DNA of 64,000 bases from contig JAOACZ010000128.1 in the NCBI GenBank assembly GCA_026417575.1, positions 5,127 to 69,126 of the forward strand, read 5' to 3'. The notes under the pieces are model-generated. The model was not told the origin of the DNA, searched no databases, and saw only the letters and a list, made by a program, of their open reading frames with translations. The translations under genes and the position numbers were made by a program. Of this stretch, positions 30,158-41,750 are shown in pieces. How positions within the stretch are numbered: position 1 is the first letter of the stretch; every line of letters begins with the position of its first letter. Origin of the DNA: a bacterium. Its GTDB lineage: Bacteria; Auribacterota; UBA3054; JAPLST01.

Positions 30158-30433
30158 GAGCGCCCTCGATCTGAGGGAGAAGTAGACCGCGCTCTCGAAG
30201 CAGAGAGCGTGGAGAGATCACCTTGTTTATGAACAGGATAGCATGTTTCAGGCAGTGAGAACAACTATCGAGGCGCGTGTCTGCCTGTGGACTGAATTAC
30301 GAGAAGGGCCGAGCATGGCACCCGACAGGCTTCCCGCGGTAGGACGAGAACGCGCGCAGCACTGCGGTACTCAATTTTAAGGAGGCGCGTGACAGTGCGT
30401 GGAAGCTGAATATGGTATAATCACAGTCCATGC

Positions 30434-31714
30434 ATGAAGCTTAGGATGACGTACAACGGCACTGATATGAAGTGGCAAGAAGCCTTAGCCGCGTGGTTTA
30501 CGCAGCATACGGAAGAGGGTGTCGCTCTCTTACGTGACTTAGTGCGCCAGGACACGGTGAATCCGCCTGGCAACGAATACCGCGCCGCGGAAGTGGTGAC
30601 GGGGTATCTGCAGCGCTACGGGATTCCCTCCACGTGCTACGAAGGTGCTCCGGGGCGAACCAACGTGCTCGCGCGCATTGGAGATGGTGCTCCTGTGGTG
30701 TTCGTGCCGGCGCACACGGATGTCGTGCCAGTGGGTGACGGTTGGACACACGATCCGTTCGATCCTGTCGTACGTGATGGTTTTATCTACGGGCGCGGGG
30801 TAGCAGACGACAAGGGGCCGCTGACCTCGCTGCTGATGCTGGCGGCATTTTTGAAGCAGTACGAGGGGGCGTTTCGCGGTACGTTGCTTGCAGGGGCAGT
30901 AGCAGATGAGGAGTGCGGGTCGACTTATGGACTTGGGTACCTTCTGGAGCAGAAGTTAGTCTCGGCCGATTATGCCATTGTGCCTGATACGGGCGCTTCG
31001 ATATATCGCGTTTCATGTGGCGAGAAGGGGTTGTTGCACGTAGAAGTGACGTTCACCGGCGCGCAGGCGCACGGCTCGACGCCGGAACAGGGATGCAATG
31101 CCGCCTGGGCGGCGTGGGAGTTTCTGGCGGCGCTGCGGGCAGAGTTCGGCGACCAGATCGGGTACTGCCCTGCGAGTGCGCATGCGTGGTTCACTCCAAC
31201 CAGCATCAATCTTGCCCAGGTGCAAGGCGGGGAGGTGTACAACATTGTTCCTGGTCAGTGTCGCGTGCGCTTGGATATTCGCTATGTTCCGGGCGAAACG
31301 CAGGAGGCTTGGTTGGCACGCCTGCGTGGCTACGCCCAGCAGGTGCGCGACCGCCAGCAGTGCCGTGGGTTCGACGTGCGTGTGGCGGCGCACATGCCTC
31401 CTTATGTTGTCGAAGCTGACAGCCCGCTCATCACCGCAGTGGACAAAGCCGTGCGGGCTTTCACTGGGCGCCGGATTGAGTGCGTAGGGATGAGTGGTAC
31501 GACCGTATGCAAGCAACTTATCCAGCACGGGATTCCTGCAATCGGGTGGTCGCAGGACTCCCAGCACCAGGCGCACATGGCCAATGAACGACTGGCTTTG
31601 TCAGAGTTGCGTACATTTGGCGTCGTCCTTGGCTTAGCATTTCTCGCTCTGGGTAACAATCTCGAGGCCATTCGCGATGGCTGCACGTCCGAATATTCTG
31701 GTGATTCTCACTGA
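30434..31714 (+). CDS. M20-family peptidase (ArgE/DapE/acetylornithine-deacetylase-like)
   Basis: Motifs AHTDVVPVGDGWTHDPF and GRGVADDKGP (metal-binding His/Asp) are present. 426 aa. Confidence 0.75.
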   Translation: MKLRMTYNGTDMKWQEALAAWFTQHTEEGVALLRDLVRQDTVNPPGNEYRAAEVVTGYLQRYGIPSTCYEGAPGRTNVLARIGDGAPVVFVPAHTDVVPVGDGWTHDPFDPVVRDGFIYGRGVADDKGPLTSLLMLAAFLKQYEGAFRGTLLAGAVADEECGSTYGLGYLLEQKLVSADYAIVPDTGASIYRVSCGEKGLLHVEVTFTGAQAHGSTPEQGCNAAWAAWEFLAALRAEFGDQIGYCPASAHAWFTPTSINLAQVQGGEVYNIVPGQCRVRLDIRYVPGETQEAWLARLRGYAQQVRDRQQCRGFDVRVAAHMPPYVVEADSPLITAVDKAVRAFTGRRIECVGMSGTTVCKQLIQHGIPAIGWSQDSQHQAHMANERLALSELRTFGVVLGLAFLALGNNLEAIRDGCTSEYSGDSH

Positions 31715-33194
31715 CCAGCAGCGCTACGACTCGATCAGCGCGCTCGGCAATTCGATTATTCGTACACCGCACTATGACCGCGTTGTTCGCGAGGGTACGA
31801 CGTTCACTGAAGCGTACACGCCCTCTCCTGAATGTGTGCCTGCGCGGTGTTCCTTTACGATGGGGCAGTACCCCGCCCGCACCGGCTGTTACGCGAACGG
31901 GTATGACTGGCCTTTTGAGCAGAAAGAAACTCTGATGGCCGCTCTGGCGCGCACCGGTTATTACACGCATGGCGTCGGCAAGATGCATTTTGAGCCGGCA
32001 GCAACTGCGCATGAACTTCACGGCTTTCACGCGCGTGAACGCCAAGAGGAAATTGTCAAGCGCCCGGAGCATGATGACTATCTCCAGTATCTGTGGGCTC
32101 ACGGGTACACCCATATTACTGACCCGCATGGTGTGCGTGGGGAGATGTACTACATACCGCAGCCCGCGCAAATGCCGGCCGCGCTGCACCCAACGCAATG
32201 GGTGGGTGATCGTGCTGAGGCGTTTCTGCGTGCGCGTAAGCGCGGTGACGGTCCGTGGTTTCTGTTCGTCTCGTTCGTCCATCCGCATCCGCCGTTCTGC
32301 CCACCTGCGCCGTGGCACAAGCTCTATCGCGATTTGGACGTGCCGCTGCCGTTCATTCCACCGGACGCGCAACGCCTCTGGCTTTTCGTCAACCATGCGC
32401 AGAATCGCACCAAGCGGCGCGATCGTGGCATGGACTTGAATCTGCTGCGCGTGCAGCGCGCCTATTACTACGCTTGCGTTTCTTTTATTGATTACCAAAT
32501 TGGGCGGATGCTGGCAGCGCTGGAAGAAACAGGCGCTTTGGATGACACGATGATTGTGTGCACGACGGATCATGGTGAGCTGCTCGGGGACTACGGTTGT
32601 TATGGAAAGCGGAGTTATCATGATCCGGTGACACGGATTCCGTTGGTTATTCGTTATCCGCGCCTATTCGAGCCCGGCGCGCGCTGTCGCACGCCTGCTT
32701 CGTTGCTTGATGTGACTGCAACCATTCTCGAGCTAGCTGGCGCATCTTTCGCCACGCATAGTTGCGACGGCGTCTCGCTTTGCGCGCTTGCGGGTGGCGC
32801 GTATGCGGATCGCACGGTCTTCGCGCAGCTCAACCAAGCTGGTGATGGGATCTATATGGCTGTGAATCGTGAGTGGAAATATGTGTACAGCGCACCTGAC
32901 CAGCGCGAACTTCTTTTTGACCGCGTGCGCGACCCCTACGACACGATTGACTGCGCGGGGCAATGGCAACGCAGCCTGCCATGGAAAAAGGCGCAGGAAG
33001 AGCTACGTGCGTCGCTGCTTGCCTTTCTTCGTGAGGCAGGTGAAACGGATGCACTCGATGGTGACCACTGGCGTGTGTACCCGAAGAAAACAATGCCCGA
33101 CAACCCTGACGCAGGTCTACTTTACCAGGATCATCCCTGGGCGGAGCAGTTCATCCCCGGCTATTCGCGTCACGAACGTCCATTTGCGTCATAA
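31677..33194 (+). CDS. Cys-type sulfatase (arylsulfatase family)
   Basis: The N-terminus ILVILTDQQRYDS is followed by the formylglycine target motif C-V-P-A-R (SPECVPARCSF) and conserved downstream sulfatase blocks. It overlaps the M20 gene by 38 nt. Confidence 0.8.
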   Translation: MAARPNILVILTDQQRYDSISALGNSIIRTPHYDRVVREGTTFTEAYTPSPECVPARCSFTMGQYPARTGCYANGYDWPFEQKETLMAALARTGYYTHGVGKMHFEPAATAHELHGFHARERQEEIVKRPEHDDYLQYLWAHGYTHITDPHGVRGEMYYIPQPAQMPAALHPTQWVGDRAEAFLRARKRGDGPWFLFVSFVHPHPPFCPPAPWHKLYRDLDVPLPFIPPDAQRLWLFVNHAQNRTKRRDRGMDLNLLRVQRAYYYACVSFIDYQIGRMLAALEETGALDDTMIVCTTDHGELLGDYGCYGKRSYHDPVTRIPLVIRYPRLFEPGARCRTPASLLDVTATILELAGASFATHSCDGVSLCALAGGAYADRTVFAQLNQAGDGIYMAVNREWKYVYSAPDQRELLFDRVRDPYDTIDCAGQWQRSLPWKKAQEELRASLLAFLREAGETDALDGDHWRVYPKKTMPDNPDAGLLYQDHPWAEQFIPGYSRHERPFAS

Positions 33195-33217
33195 CACGCC
33201 TACCACACTTACGCATT

Positions 33218-34051
33218 ATGCCACGCATTCATCCATTAGCCGTCGTTGATCCGCACGCGGAAGTGGCCGATGATGTGGAGATCGGGCCGTTCTGTATCAT
33301 TGGGCCGCATGTGAAAATTGGCCCGCAAACGCGCCTGATTGGCCAGTGCTACATTACAGGGCATACCACCATCGGAGCGCGCAACGTAATTTACCCGAAC
33401 GTGTGCATTGGGGCTGAGCCGCAAGATTTCGCTTTTGATCCTGCAACAATTTCGTATGTGCACATTGGAGACGAGAACGTCTTCCGTGAGGGGGTGACGA
33501 TTCATGCTGGCACGAAGCCTGAATCTGCGACAATTATCGGCAATCGTAATTTTCTGATGGTGAATTCGCACATTGGACATAACTGCCGGATCGGGAATGA
33601 GGTGATCATGGCCAATTGCGCGCTGATGGCGGGGTACGTGGAGGTGCAAGACGGATGCTTCATCTCAGGCCTGACAGCAGCGCGGCAGTTTTGTCGAATT
33701 GGGCGTTTAGCGATGATGTGGGGCCTCTCAGCTATTTCTAAGGATCTGCCGCCGTTTATGATAGTGAACGGGCGGAACGGGGATGTAGCAGGTGTAAACG
33801 TCGTGGCGTTACGGCGGCGCAAGTATCCGCCAGCGACCATCAACGCGCTGCGGAAGGTGCATACGATTTTTTTCCGCAGGGGGCGGAGCGTGAGCACAGC
33901 TTTGGAAATGATTCGCAAGGAAGTGCCACAGTTACCCGAAGTAGAGGAATTTATTCGGTTTGTCGAGAGCAGTGAGCGCGGGGTGTTGTTGGGGCGCGAT
34001 GCGCGGGCCAAACGCCTGGCGGGGGAGCGCGATACGACAGACGAGGGGTAA
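33218..34051 (+). CDS. lpxA: Acyl-[ACP]--UDP-N-acetylglucosamine O-acyltransferase
   Basis: A left-handed beta-helix of hexapeptide repeats from the N-terminus (IHPLAVVDPHAEVADDVEIGPFCIIGPHVKIG...) with a C-terminal helical domain. 277 aa, typical of LpxA. Confidence 0.8.
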   Translation: MPRIHPLAVVDPHAEVADDVEIGPFCIIGPHVKIGPQTRLIGQCYITGHTTIGARNVIYPNVCIGAEPQDFAFDPATISYVHIGDENVFREGVTIHAGTKPESATIIGNRNFLMVNSHIGHNCRIGNEVIMANCALMAGYVEVQDGCFISGLTAARQFCRIGRLAMMWGLSAISKDLPPFMIVNGRNGDVAGVNVVALRRRKYPPATINALRKVHTIFFRRGRSVSTALEMIRKEVPQLPEVEEFIRFVESSERGVLLGRDARAKRLAGERDTTDEG

Positions 34052-34449
34052 AAGCGTGGGGCGGTGTTTTTGTTGCCAGCGCGACGTGGCTTAGCGGCGG
34101 GGGCAAGGCAGTCAGAGAGCAGACACGCTAGTCTGCGTGGGGGAGGAGTGTATGAGCTTGGCCATTTACCTCGTTACCTGGGTGGGTGGAAGCGTGAGGA
34201 GAACATGATCGTGCGTGCTATCCTCCAGGGATTGCGCGTGTGGCGAGGCTGAGACAAGCTGCGTGCTAGGCGAGGGTGAGAATGCGTATTGTTACGCGGT
34301 TCGGCGAGGGCGGGCGTATCACAGGCAGAAGGAAGCGTTGCTTTCCGTGCTGTGGGATGCGCGTGGGTGGGAGATTGAAATTTGGCCGAAAATGCGGTAA
34401 AATTTTTTTAAGCAGGAAAGGTAGGTGATGACGACAACAAGAAGGACAC

Positions 34450-37400
34450 GTGTTGAACGATGGAACGAGTGAGCCGTACCAGCGAGAGGCGGCGGCCATG
34501 CCGGCGCCGTATGGGCTGTACGATACGGCATACGATCATGATAGTTGCGGAGTTGGGTTTGTTGCCGATCTGAGCGGGGAGCCGCAGCACGAGCTAATTG
34601 AAGCGGCACTGCAAGTATTGGTGAATTTGGAGCATCGCGGAGCGATCGGGGGCGATGCTGCGACGGGTGACGGGGCGGGGATTTTATTGCAGATGCCGGA
34701 CGCGTTTTTGCGCGGGGAGTGTGCGGGGATAGGGATACGGCTGCCGGAGCGTGGGCGTTACGGGGCGGGGTTAGTGTTTTTGCCGCGGGAGGCGGGGCGG
34801 GCGGAGGTATGTCGCAAGATTTTCGAGCAGGTAGTTGAGGAAGAGGGGTGTGAGGTGTTAGGGTGGCGGGTGGTGCCGATGGAGGCGGGCGGGCTGGGGG
34901 TGTTGTCGCGGGCGACGCAGCCGACGATGGAGCAGTTGTTTGTGGGGTGTGGGAGGCGGACGGTGGAGGAATTTGCGCGTCGGCTGTACATCATTCGGCG
35001 GCGGGTAGAGAACGCGGTGGCGGCGCGGCGGGATGGCGATTACAGTCAGTTTTATGTACCGAGCTTATCGCCGCACACAATTGTGTACAAGGGGATGCTC
35101 ACGGGGACGCAGTTGCAGCAATTTTTCCCTGAATTTCATGATGCGCGGTTTGCGGCGGCGTTTGCGGTGGTACATCAGCGCTTTAGCACGAACACGTTGC
35201 CGACGTGGAGTTTGGCCCAGCCATTCCGCTATGTAGCCCACAACGGTGAGATCAACACGCTGCGCGGAAATGTGAACCGGATGCACGCGCTGGAGGCACA
35301 GTTTGCTTCACCATTGTTTGGGGAAGACATAGAAAAGATCAAGCCGGTGATTGTAGAAGGGGGGAGCGATTCGGCGATGTTTGACAATGCGCTGGAATTA
35401 CTGATCATGGCGGGGCGCTCGCTGCCTCATGCGGCGATGATGATGGTACCGGAGGCGTGGGGCCCGAAGTACACGATGAGTGAGGACAAGCGCGCGTTTT
35501 ACGAGTACCACGCGGCGATTATGGAGCCATGGGACGGGCCGGCGGCGATGGTGATTACTGATGGACGCTACATTGGCGCGTTGTTGGACCGGAATGGGTT
35601 GCGGCCAGCGCGGTACACGATAACGCGGGACGGGCTGATTGTGATGGCCTCGGAGACTGGGGTAATCGAGATGGAGGGGGCGCGGATTCAGAAGCGCGGG
35701 CGGTTGCAGCCGGGGAAGATGTTCTTGGTGGACATGGTGCAGCGGCGGGTAGTTTCGGACAGCGAGATTAAGGGACAGATATCGCGGCAGAAGCCGTACC
35801 GGCGCTGGGTACGCGATAATGTGATCCACTTGCGGGGATTGTTTGCGCCGTCGGAGTTACCGGTGCCGTCACCGGCGGAGCTGTTGCAGTGGCAGCATGC
35901 GTTTGGATATACGGAAGAAGAGCTGAAAATGATTTTAGCGCCGATGGCGTCGCAGGGGCAAGAGCCAGTGGGATCGATGGGCAATGATGCAGCGTTGGCG
36001 GTGTTGTCGAATAAGCCACGGCTGCTTTTTGACTACTTCAAGCAATTGTTTGCGCAGGTAACGAACCCGCCGATTGATCCTTTGCGGGAGGAGTTGGTGA
36101 TGTCGTTGATGAGCTTTATCGGGCGGGTGGGGAACATTTTGGAGGAGAAGCCGGAGCATTGTCGGCAGCTAAAGTTGCCCCATCCGATTTTGATGCCGGC
36201 GGATGTGGATCGGTTGCGGGGAAGCAAGCATCCGGGGTTGGTGGTGCGGGAGTTGGAGATGCTTTTTCCGGCGGGGGGTGGGGGCGAGGAGCTGGCGGCG
36301 GCACTGAATGCGCTGTTTAAGGAGGCGGAAGAATGTGTGCGCGCGGGGGCGACGATTTTGATTTTGAGTGACCGTAACGTGTCTGCGAAGCGCGCGCCAA
36401 TACCAGCGTTGCTGGCGGTATCGGGATTGCATCACTATTTGATCCGCAAGGGGCTGCGGACGTTGTGTGGGCTGGTAGTGGAGACAGGAGAGGCGCGGGA
36501 AGTAAATCATTTTTGTTTGCTGATTAGCTACGGGGCGAGTGCGATCTGCCCCTATGTGGCGTTAGCGACGGTGCGGTCGTTGGCGGAGCAGGGGTTGTTG
36601 GAGCACCCGATGACAGCGGACGAGGCAGTGGATGCATATGTGACGGCGGTGAAAAAGGGGATTTTGAAGACGCTAAGCCGGATGGGTATTTCGACGGTGC
36701 GCAGCTATCGCGGGGCGCAGATTTTCGAAGCGATTGGGCTTGCGAAGGAAGTGACGGAGATGTATTTTGCGCGGACGGCGTCGCGGATTGGGGGTGTTGG
36801 GTTAGATGTGATTGCGCGGGAAGCAAACATGCGCCATGCGGGCGCCTTTCCGAAGGTGGGGGCGCCGTCGGTGTTGCTGCCGGTGGGGGGTGAGTATCAC
36901 GAGCGGGTGGAGGGCGAGCGGCACTTGTTTACGCCGGAGGCGATTTACTTATTACAACTGGCGACACGGACGAACGACTACAGCGTCTATCAGCGGTATG
37001 CGCGGTGTATTGATGATCAGTCGGAGGCCCGTGTGACGCTGCGGAGTTTGCTACGGTTCAGGCCGGGGACGCCCGTGCCGGTGGAGGAAGTGGAGCCGGT
37101 GGAGGCGATTACGCGGCGGTTCGTGACTGCGGCGATGTCCTACGGTTCGATTAGCAAGGAGGCGCATGAAGCGATTGCGATTGCGTTGAATCGGATTGGG
37201 GGGCGAAGCAACTCGGGCGAAGGGGGCGAAGATCCGGAGCGGTATATTCCGCTACCAAATGGGGATTTGCGCGTATCGCGGATCAAGCAGGTGGCGTCGG
37301 CGCGGTTTGGTGTGACGATTGAGTACTTGATTAACGCGGATGAGTTGCAGATAAAGATTGCGCAAGGAGCGAAGCCAGGGGAGGGGGGACAATTGCCGGG

Positions 37401-39039
37401 TCACAAGGTGAGTGAAGACATAGCGCGGGTGCGGCACACGACGCCGGGGGTGACCTTGATTTCTCCGCCGCCGCATCATGACATTTATTCAATTGAGGAC
37501 CTTGCGCAGCTTATTTACGATTTAAAGATGGCCAATCCGCGGGCGAAGGTGTCGGTGAAGCTAGTGTCCGAAGTAGGTGTCGGCACGATTGCTGCGGGTG
37601 TGGCGAAAGCGAAAGCGGATTTGGTGTTGATTGCTGGCTACGATGGAGGGACGGGAGCATCGCCGCTGACGTCGATTAAGCATTGCGGGCTACCGTGGGA
37701 GCTCGGGTTAGTGGAGACGCAGCATGCATTGATTGCGAATCATTTGCGCGATCGGATAGTGGTGCAAGCAGATGGGCAGATGCGGACGGGGCGGGACGTT
37801 GTGATTGCGGCATTGCTGGGCGCGGAGGAATACGGTTTTGGGACGGTGATTTTGGTGACGCTGGGGTGTATATTGATGCGGAAATGCCATTTGAACACGT
37901 GTCCGGTGGGGGTGGCGACGCAGGATCCAGTGTTACGGTCGCGTTTTACGGGGAGTCCGGACTATGTGGAGCGCTACCTGCGCTTTGTGGCGCGGGACGT
38001 GCGCGAGCACATGGCGCGGTTAGGGTTCCGCACAATGGATGAGATGATTGGGCGGGTAGAGATGCTTGATTTCGAGCCGGCGGTGGAGCACTGGAAAGCG
38101 AGGGGGGTGGATTTGCGGCCATTACTGGCGCCGCCGCCAGGGAATGGCATGGTACGGCGGTGTGTGCGCGGGCAGGAACACGAGGTCAACAAGTCGCTGG
38201 ATGTAGAGTTAATTCAGCTGGCCGCGCCGGCGTTTGAGGATCCGCCACGGGCGGTAGCGCAGAGTTTACGGATTCGGAATGTGCATCGGACGGTGGGGGC
38301 GATGTTAAGTGGTGAAGTAACGCGGCGTTGGGGGGCGCGTGGGTTGCCACGCGATACGATACGGTTTACGTTTACTGGGTCGGCGGGGCAAAGTTTTGGT
38401 GCGTTTCTTGCGCCGGGGATCACGTTGCGATTGGAAGGGGACGCGAATGACTATGTGGGCAAGGGTCTTTCTGGCGGGACGATCATCGTGGTACCGCCGC
38501 GAGATGCGCACTTTGTGGCGCATGAGAACATCATAGTGGGTAACGTGGTGTTGTACGGGGCGACATCGGGAGAGTTGTACGTGTGTGGGATGGCAGGGGA
38601 GCGTTTTGCGGTACGGAACAGTGGGGCCATTGCGGTAGTTGAGGGTGTGGGTGATCACGGTTGTGAATACATGACGGGAGGGCGGGTGGTGGTATTGGGG
38701 CAGACCGGTGTTAATTTTGCGGCGGGGATGAGTGGAGGAATAGCGTACGTGTATGATGAAAACGAGCTGTTTGGCACGCGCTGCAATTTAGATATGGTTG
38801 ATTTAGAAACTGTGTGGACGGAAGCGGACCAGCGCGAATTGCATGCGCTGATTACGCAGCATTTAATGTACACGGGGAGTGCACGTGCGCAGTACATACT
38901 GGACAATTGGGAGACGTGTTACCCCTTATTTGTGAAGGTGATGCCGATGGACTACAAGCGCGTGCTGGAACGAATGCGGGTGCAGGAGCATACAGATAAC
39001 GAAGCGGTGCCGGCGACGGAGGAGGTTTTCCGTGGGTAA
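34450..39039 (+). CDS. gltB: Glutamate synthase large subunit. The start is ambiguous: GTG at 34450 or ATG at 34498.
   Basis: 1529 aa. The Ntn amidotransferase Cys lies in [11 protein letters not shown], followed by the FMN and 3Fe-4S central domain and the GXGXG C-terminal domain. Confidence 0.9.
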   Translation: MLNDGTSEPYQREAAAMPAPYGLYDTAYDHDSCGVGFVADLSGEPQHELIEAALQVLVNLEHRGAIGGDAATGDGAGILLQMPDAFLRGECAGIGIRLPERGRYGAGLVFLPREAGRAEVCRKIFEQVVEEEGCEVLGWRVVPMEAGGLGVLSRATQPTMEQLFVGCGRRTVEEFARRLYIIRRRVENAVAARRDGDYSQFYVPSLSPHTIVYKGMLTGTQLQQFFPEFHDARFAAAFAVVHQRFSTNTLPTWSLAQPFRYVAHNGEINTLRGNVNRMHALEAQFASPLFGEDIEKIKPVIVEGGSDSAMFDNALELLIMAGRSLPHAAMMMVPEAWGPKYTMSEDKRAFYEYHAAIMEPWDGPAAMVITDGRYIGALLDRNGLRPARYTITRDGLIVMASETGVIEMEGARIQKRGRLQPGKMFLVDMVQRRVVSDSEIKGQISRQKPYRRWVRDNVIHLRGLFAPSELPVPSPAELLQWQHAFGYTEEELKMILAPMASQGQEPVGSMGNDAALAVLSNKPRLLFDYFKQLFAQVTNPPIDPLREELVMSLMSFIGRVGNILEEKPEHCRQLKLPHPILMPADVDRLRGSKHPGLVVRELEMLFPAGGGGEELAAALNALFKEAEECVRAGATILILSDRNVSAKRAPIPALLAVSGLHHYLIRKGLRTLCGLVVETGEAREVNHFCLLISYGASAICPYVALATVRSLAEQGLLEHPMTADEAVDAYVTAVKKGILKTLSRMGISTVRSYRGAQIFEAIGLAKEVTEMYFARTASRIGGVGLDVIAREANMRHAGAFPKVGAPSVLLPVGGEYHERVEGERHLFTPEAIYLLQLATRTNDYSVYQRYARCIDDQSEARVTLRSLLRFRPGTPVPVEEVEPVEAITRRFVTAAMSYGSISKEAHEAIAIALNRIGGRSNSGEGGEDPERYIPLPNGDLRVSRIKQVASARFGVTIEYLINADELQIKIAQGAKPGEGGQLPGHKVSEDIARVRHTTPGVTLISPPPHHDIYSIEDLAQLIYDLKMANPRAKVSVKLVSEVGVGTIAAGVAKAKADLVLIAGYDGGTGASPLTSIKHCGLPWELGLVETQHALIANHLRDRIVVQADGQMRTGRDVVIAALLGAEEYGFGTVILVTLGCILMRKCHLNTCPVGVATQDPVLRSRFTGSPDYVERYLRFVARDVREHMARLGFRTMDEMIGRVEMLDFEPAVEHWKARGVDLRPLLAPPPGNGMVRRCVRGQEHEVNKSLDVELIQLAAPAFEDPPRAVAQSLRIRNVHRTVGAMLSGEVTRRWGARGLPRDTIRFTFTGSAGQSFGAFLAPGITLRLEGDANDYVGKGLSGGTIIVVPPRDAHFVAHENIIVGNVVLYGATSGELYVCGMAGERFAVRNSGAIAVVEGVGDHGCEYMTGGRVVVLGQTGVNFAAGMSGGIAYVYDENELFGTRCNLDMVDLETVWTEADQRELHALITQHLMYTGSARAQYILDNWETCYPLFVKVMPMDYKRVLERMRVQEHTDNEAVPATEEVFRG

Positions 39040-40462
39040 GCCAACAGGGTTCATGGAATATACGCGTGTTGATCCGCCGAAGGAGCCGGTAGCGGAGCGC
39101 CTGCAGCATTATCACGAGTTTGAGAAGCTGCTTCCAGAGGCGGAACTGCGGCGGCAGGCGGCACGTTGCATGGATTGCGGGATACCGTTCTGTCACATGT
39201 ATGGCTGTCCGGTGATCAATTTGATTCCGGATTGGAACGACATGGTGTATCGGGGGCAGTGGCGGAAGGCGTTAGAGTTGTTGCATGCGACGAATAATTT
39301 GCCGGAGATCACGGGGCGGGTGTGTCCGGCGCCATGCGAGCCGGCGTGCACGCTGTCAATTAATCAGCCGGCGGTGACAATCAAGCATATTGAGTTAGAG
39401 ATAATTGAGCGAGGGTTTCGGGAGGGGTGGGTGGTGCCGCAGAAGGCGCCGGTGCGCACACACAAGCGAGTAGCGGTGATAGGATCGGGGCCGGCGGGGC
39501 TGGCAGCGGCGCAGCAATTGGCGCGGCGGGGGCACACAGTAGTGTTGTTTGAGCGTGACGACCGTGTGGGCGGCCTGTTGCGCTACGGGATTCCGGATTT
39601 TAAGTTAGAGAAATGGGTGTTGGACCGGCGGATGGAGCAACTGGCGGCGGAGGGGGTGGTGTTTGAGCCGAATGTGAACGCGGGCGTAGATATTACGCCA
39701 GCGGAGTTACGGCGGCGATTTGATGCGGTGTTGTTAGCAACGGGGGCGGGGGTGCCGCGCGATTTGCGGGTACCGGGGCGGGAGTTGGCTGGGGTGCATT
39801 TTGCGATGGAGTTTTTGACGCAGAACAACCGACGGATTGCGGGCGACACGATTGATCCTGTGCGGATGATTACAGCGAAAGGGAAGCACGTGGTAGTGAT
39901 TGGTGGGGGAGACACTGGGTCAGATTGCATAGGTACGTCGTTGCGGCAGGGGGCGGTCAAGGTGACGCAGTTGGAGCTCTTGCCGAAGCCGCCGGAGCAG
40001 CGAAGTGAGCGGAATCCGTGGCCGGAGTGGCCTTGGGTGCTGCGGACGTCGACGTCGCACGAGGAGGGCTGCGAGCGGATGTGGAGCGTGGATACGAAGG
40101 AGTTGCTGGGGGATGGGACGCGCGTGACGGGGCTACGCGCAGTGCGGTTGGAATGGAGCGATCCAGATGCGCAGGGGCGGCGTACGTACAGAGAAATAGC
40201 AGGATCAGAGTTTGTGTTGAAGGCGGATTTAGTATTGTTGGCGATGGGGTTTGTGCATGTGGAGCACGGACCTCTGGTACGGGAGTGGGAGCTGGCTTTA
40301 GATTCGCGTGGGAATATAGCGGTCGATCGGTCGTACATGACGTCGTTGGCGGGGGTCTTTGCTGCGGGCGACAGCATGATGGGGGCATCGCTGGTGGTAC
40401 GCGCAATCAATCACGGGCGCCGCGCGGCTGCGGCGATTGACGCGTACTTGCAGCAAATCTAG
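39032..40462 (+). CDS. gltD: Glutamate synthase small subunit (NADPH-dependent)
   Basis: 476 aa with an Fe-S cysteine cluster (CMDCGIPFC...CP) and two Rossmann motifs ([14 protein letters not shown]; [13 protein letters not shown]). It overlaps gltB by 8 nt. Confidence 0.9.
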   Translation: MGKPTGFMEYTRVDPPKEPVAERLQHYHEFEKLLPEAELRRQAARCMDCGIPFCHMYGCPVINLIPDWNDMVYRGQWRKALELLHATNNLPEITGRVCPAPCEPACTLSINQPAVTIKHIELEIIERGFREGWVVPQKAPVRTHKRVAVIGSGPAGLAAAQQLARRGHTVVLFERDDRVGGLLRYGIPDFKLEKWVLDRRMEQLAAEGVVFEPNVNAGVDITPAELRRRFDAVLLATGAGVPRDLRVPGRELAGVHFAMEFLTQNNRRIAGDTIDPVRMITAKGKHVVVIGGGDTGSDCIGTSLRQGAVKVTQLELLPKPPEQRSERNPWPEWPWVLRTSTSHEEGCERMWSVDTKELLGDGTRVTGLRAVRLEWSDPDAQGRRTYREIAGSEFVLKADLVLLAMGFVHVEHGPLVREWELALDSRGNIAVDRSYMTSLAGVFAAGDSMMGASLVVRAINHGRRAAAAIDAYLQQI

Positions 40463-40524
40463 CCTGGGCACTTCAGCGTAGTTGGCCTAGTCGTGGAAAG
40501 CAGTAGCAGCGCGGAACGGGGGAA

Positions 40525-41750
40525 TTATTCCCTGGCGAAGGCAGCGACACGGGCGTCTGTGTCGTTCGTCAGGCGCGCGAGAAGAGCACGGGCTGCCTGA
40601 TTTGTTTCCATGCGCAGGCGGAATGCAAGGAAGCGCCGTGTATCTCTATCCTGCTCGCGCACAACTGGCGCGAGGAGGTGAGTGGTACGGGGAAGAGAAG
40701 CGAGGCAATCAATGGCTGCCGCGCGCGCCGTGAACGAGGTGCTGCGCAGAGAGGGCTGAACGTCGGCTAGTTTGGCCGAGAGTTGACCTGGTAAGCGCCA
40801 GAGGGTGAGGACGAGCATTGCTTCTGAGGAGATCGTGTTAATGGTAAACAGAATGGAAGAGGGTTGCTCCCAATTCCAACGGCAGGTATCGCGATCGCGG
40901 TTGCGGTTGGCGCGTAGGGCACGCCGCAACGTGGCGGCGCGCTGATCGGCGGACATTCGGAGGTTATAGACGGCGCGATACACAGGTTTATCCCAGAGGA
41001 ACGCGTAGGGATGCTGGCAGAGTAATTCAAGTGGTTGCAACGCCTGCGGCGCGCGAGAATGATCGAGGAGCACAGCGGCCGTGGTGAGGGCTTCCAGGGT
41101 CGTCCGCACGTCGAAGATCGTGTTGTTTCCAGCGGAGCGGTGTGGGAAGTCTAGGTCGGGAGCAGCTCCTGAGGGAGAAGGTGTGGCGCCCTGTAGATCT
41201 GGAAAAAGCTCTGGCCGAGCACGTACGGCAAACGCCCAAGCTGGTGTGAGGGGTTCGAGGCTACGCACATAGATAACGGGGGGAAGTGTGTGGAGTAAGC
41301 GCGTGATTTCTGCTGCGATCAACTCGTACACAGCAGGGTAGCGTGCGCGGTAGAGAGCCACGCAGGCAGCGGGCGTTAGGCGAAAGTGGTCGCGAATTAC
41401 GCTGTCAGCAGTAGGGTCATGAGTGCGCAGAGTAGCGAGCGCATGCAAGGCGTAGCCACGTGCAATATCAAGACTTTTTGGGTTGACCGTAGCGATTGTA
41501 CCAGCTTCGAACTCGTCACATCGTTGCAAGATGGCAGCGAGGGCGCGTACGCTGCGCTGATCGGGCAATTGAGCGAGGCGTATGGCATACTGCCGGAGTT
41601 CACTTGGAGAGAGAGCCAGGCGAGCGGCGTGCTCATACCGCTCGATTTCAGCCAGCTGGTCAGGGGAGAGAGCTGGCGCTGGGATGGCGCAGAGTACGGC
41701 GAGGAGTGCGCCAAGGAGTGATCGCCAGCGGGGGAATGGGCGGGAGGTCA
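40525..41750 (-). CDS. Hypothetical secreted protein, co-transcribed with the DUF3857/transglutaminase-like giant gene
   Basis: The start is placed at MTSRPFPRWRSLLGALLAVLCAIPAPA (signal peptide), 3 nt after the upstream gene's stop. The 41958 start in the ORF track would overlap the upstream gene. It is a helical, Leu/Arg-rich protein with no recognisable catalytic motifs. Confidence 0.45.

Noticed and set aside
34758-39196. Numerous 60-150-aa ORFs in alternate frames and on the opposite strand within gltB/gltD
   Set aside because: They are all embedded in long, well-supported coding regions. They are an artefact of high GC content.
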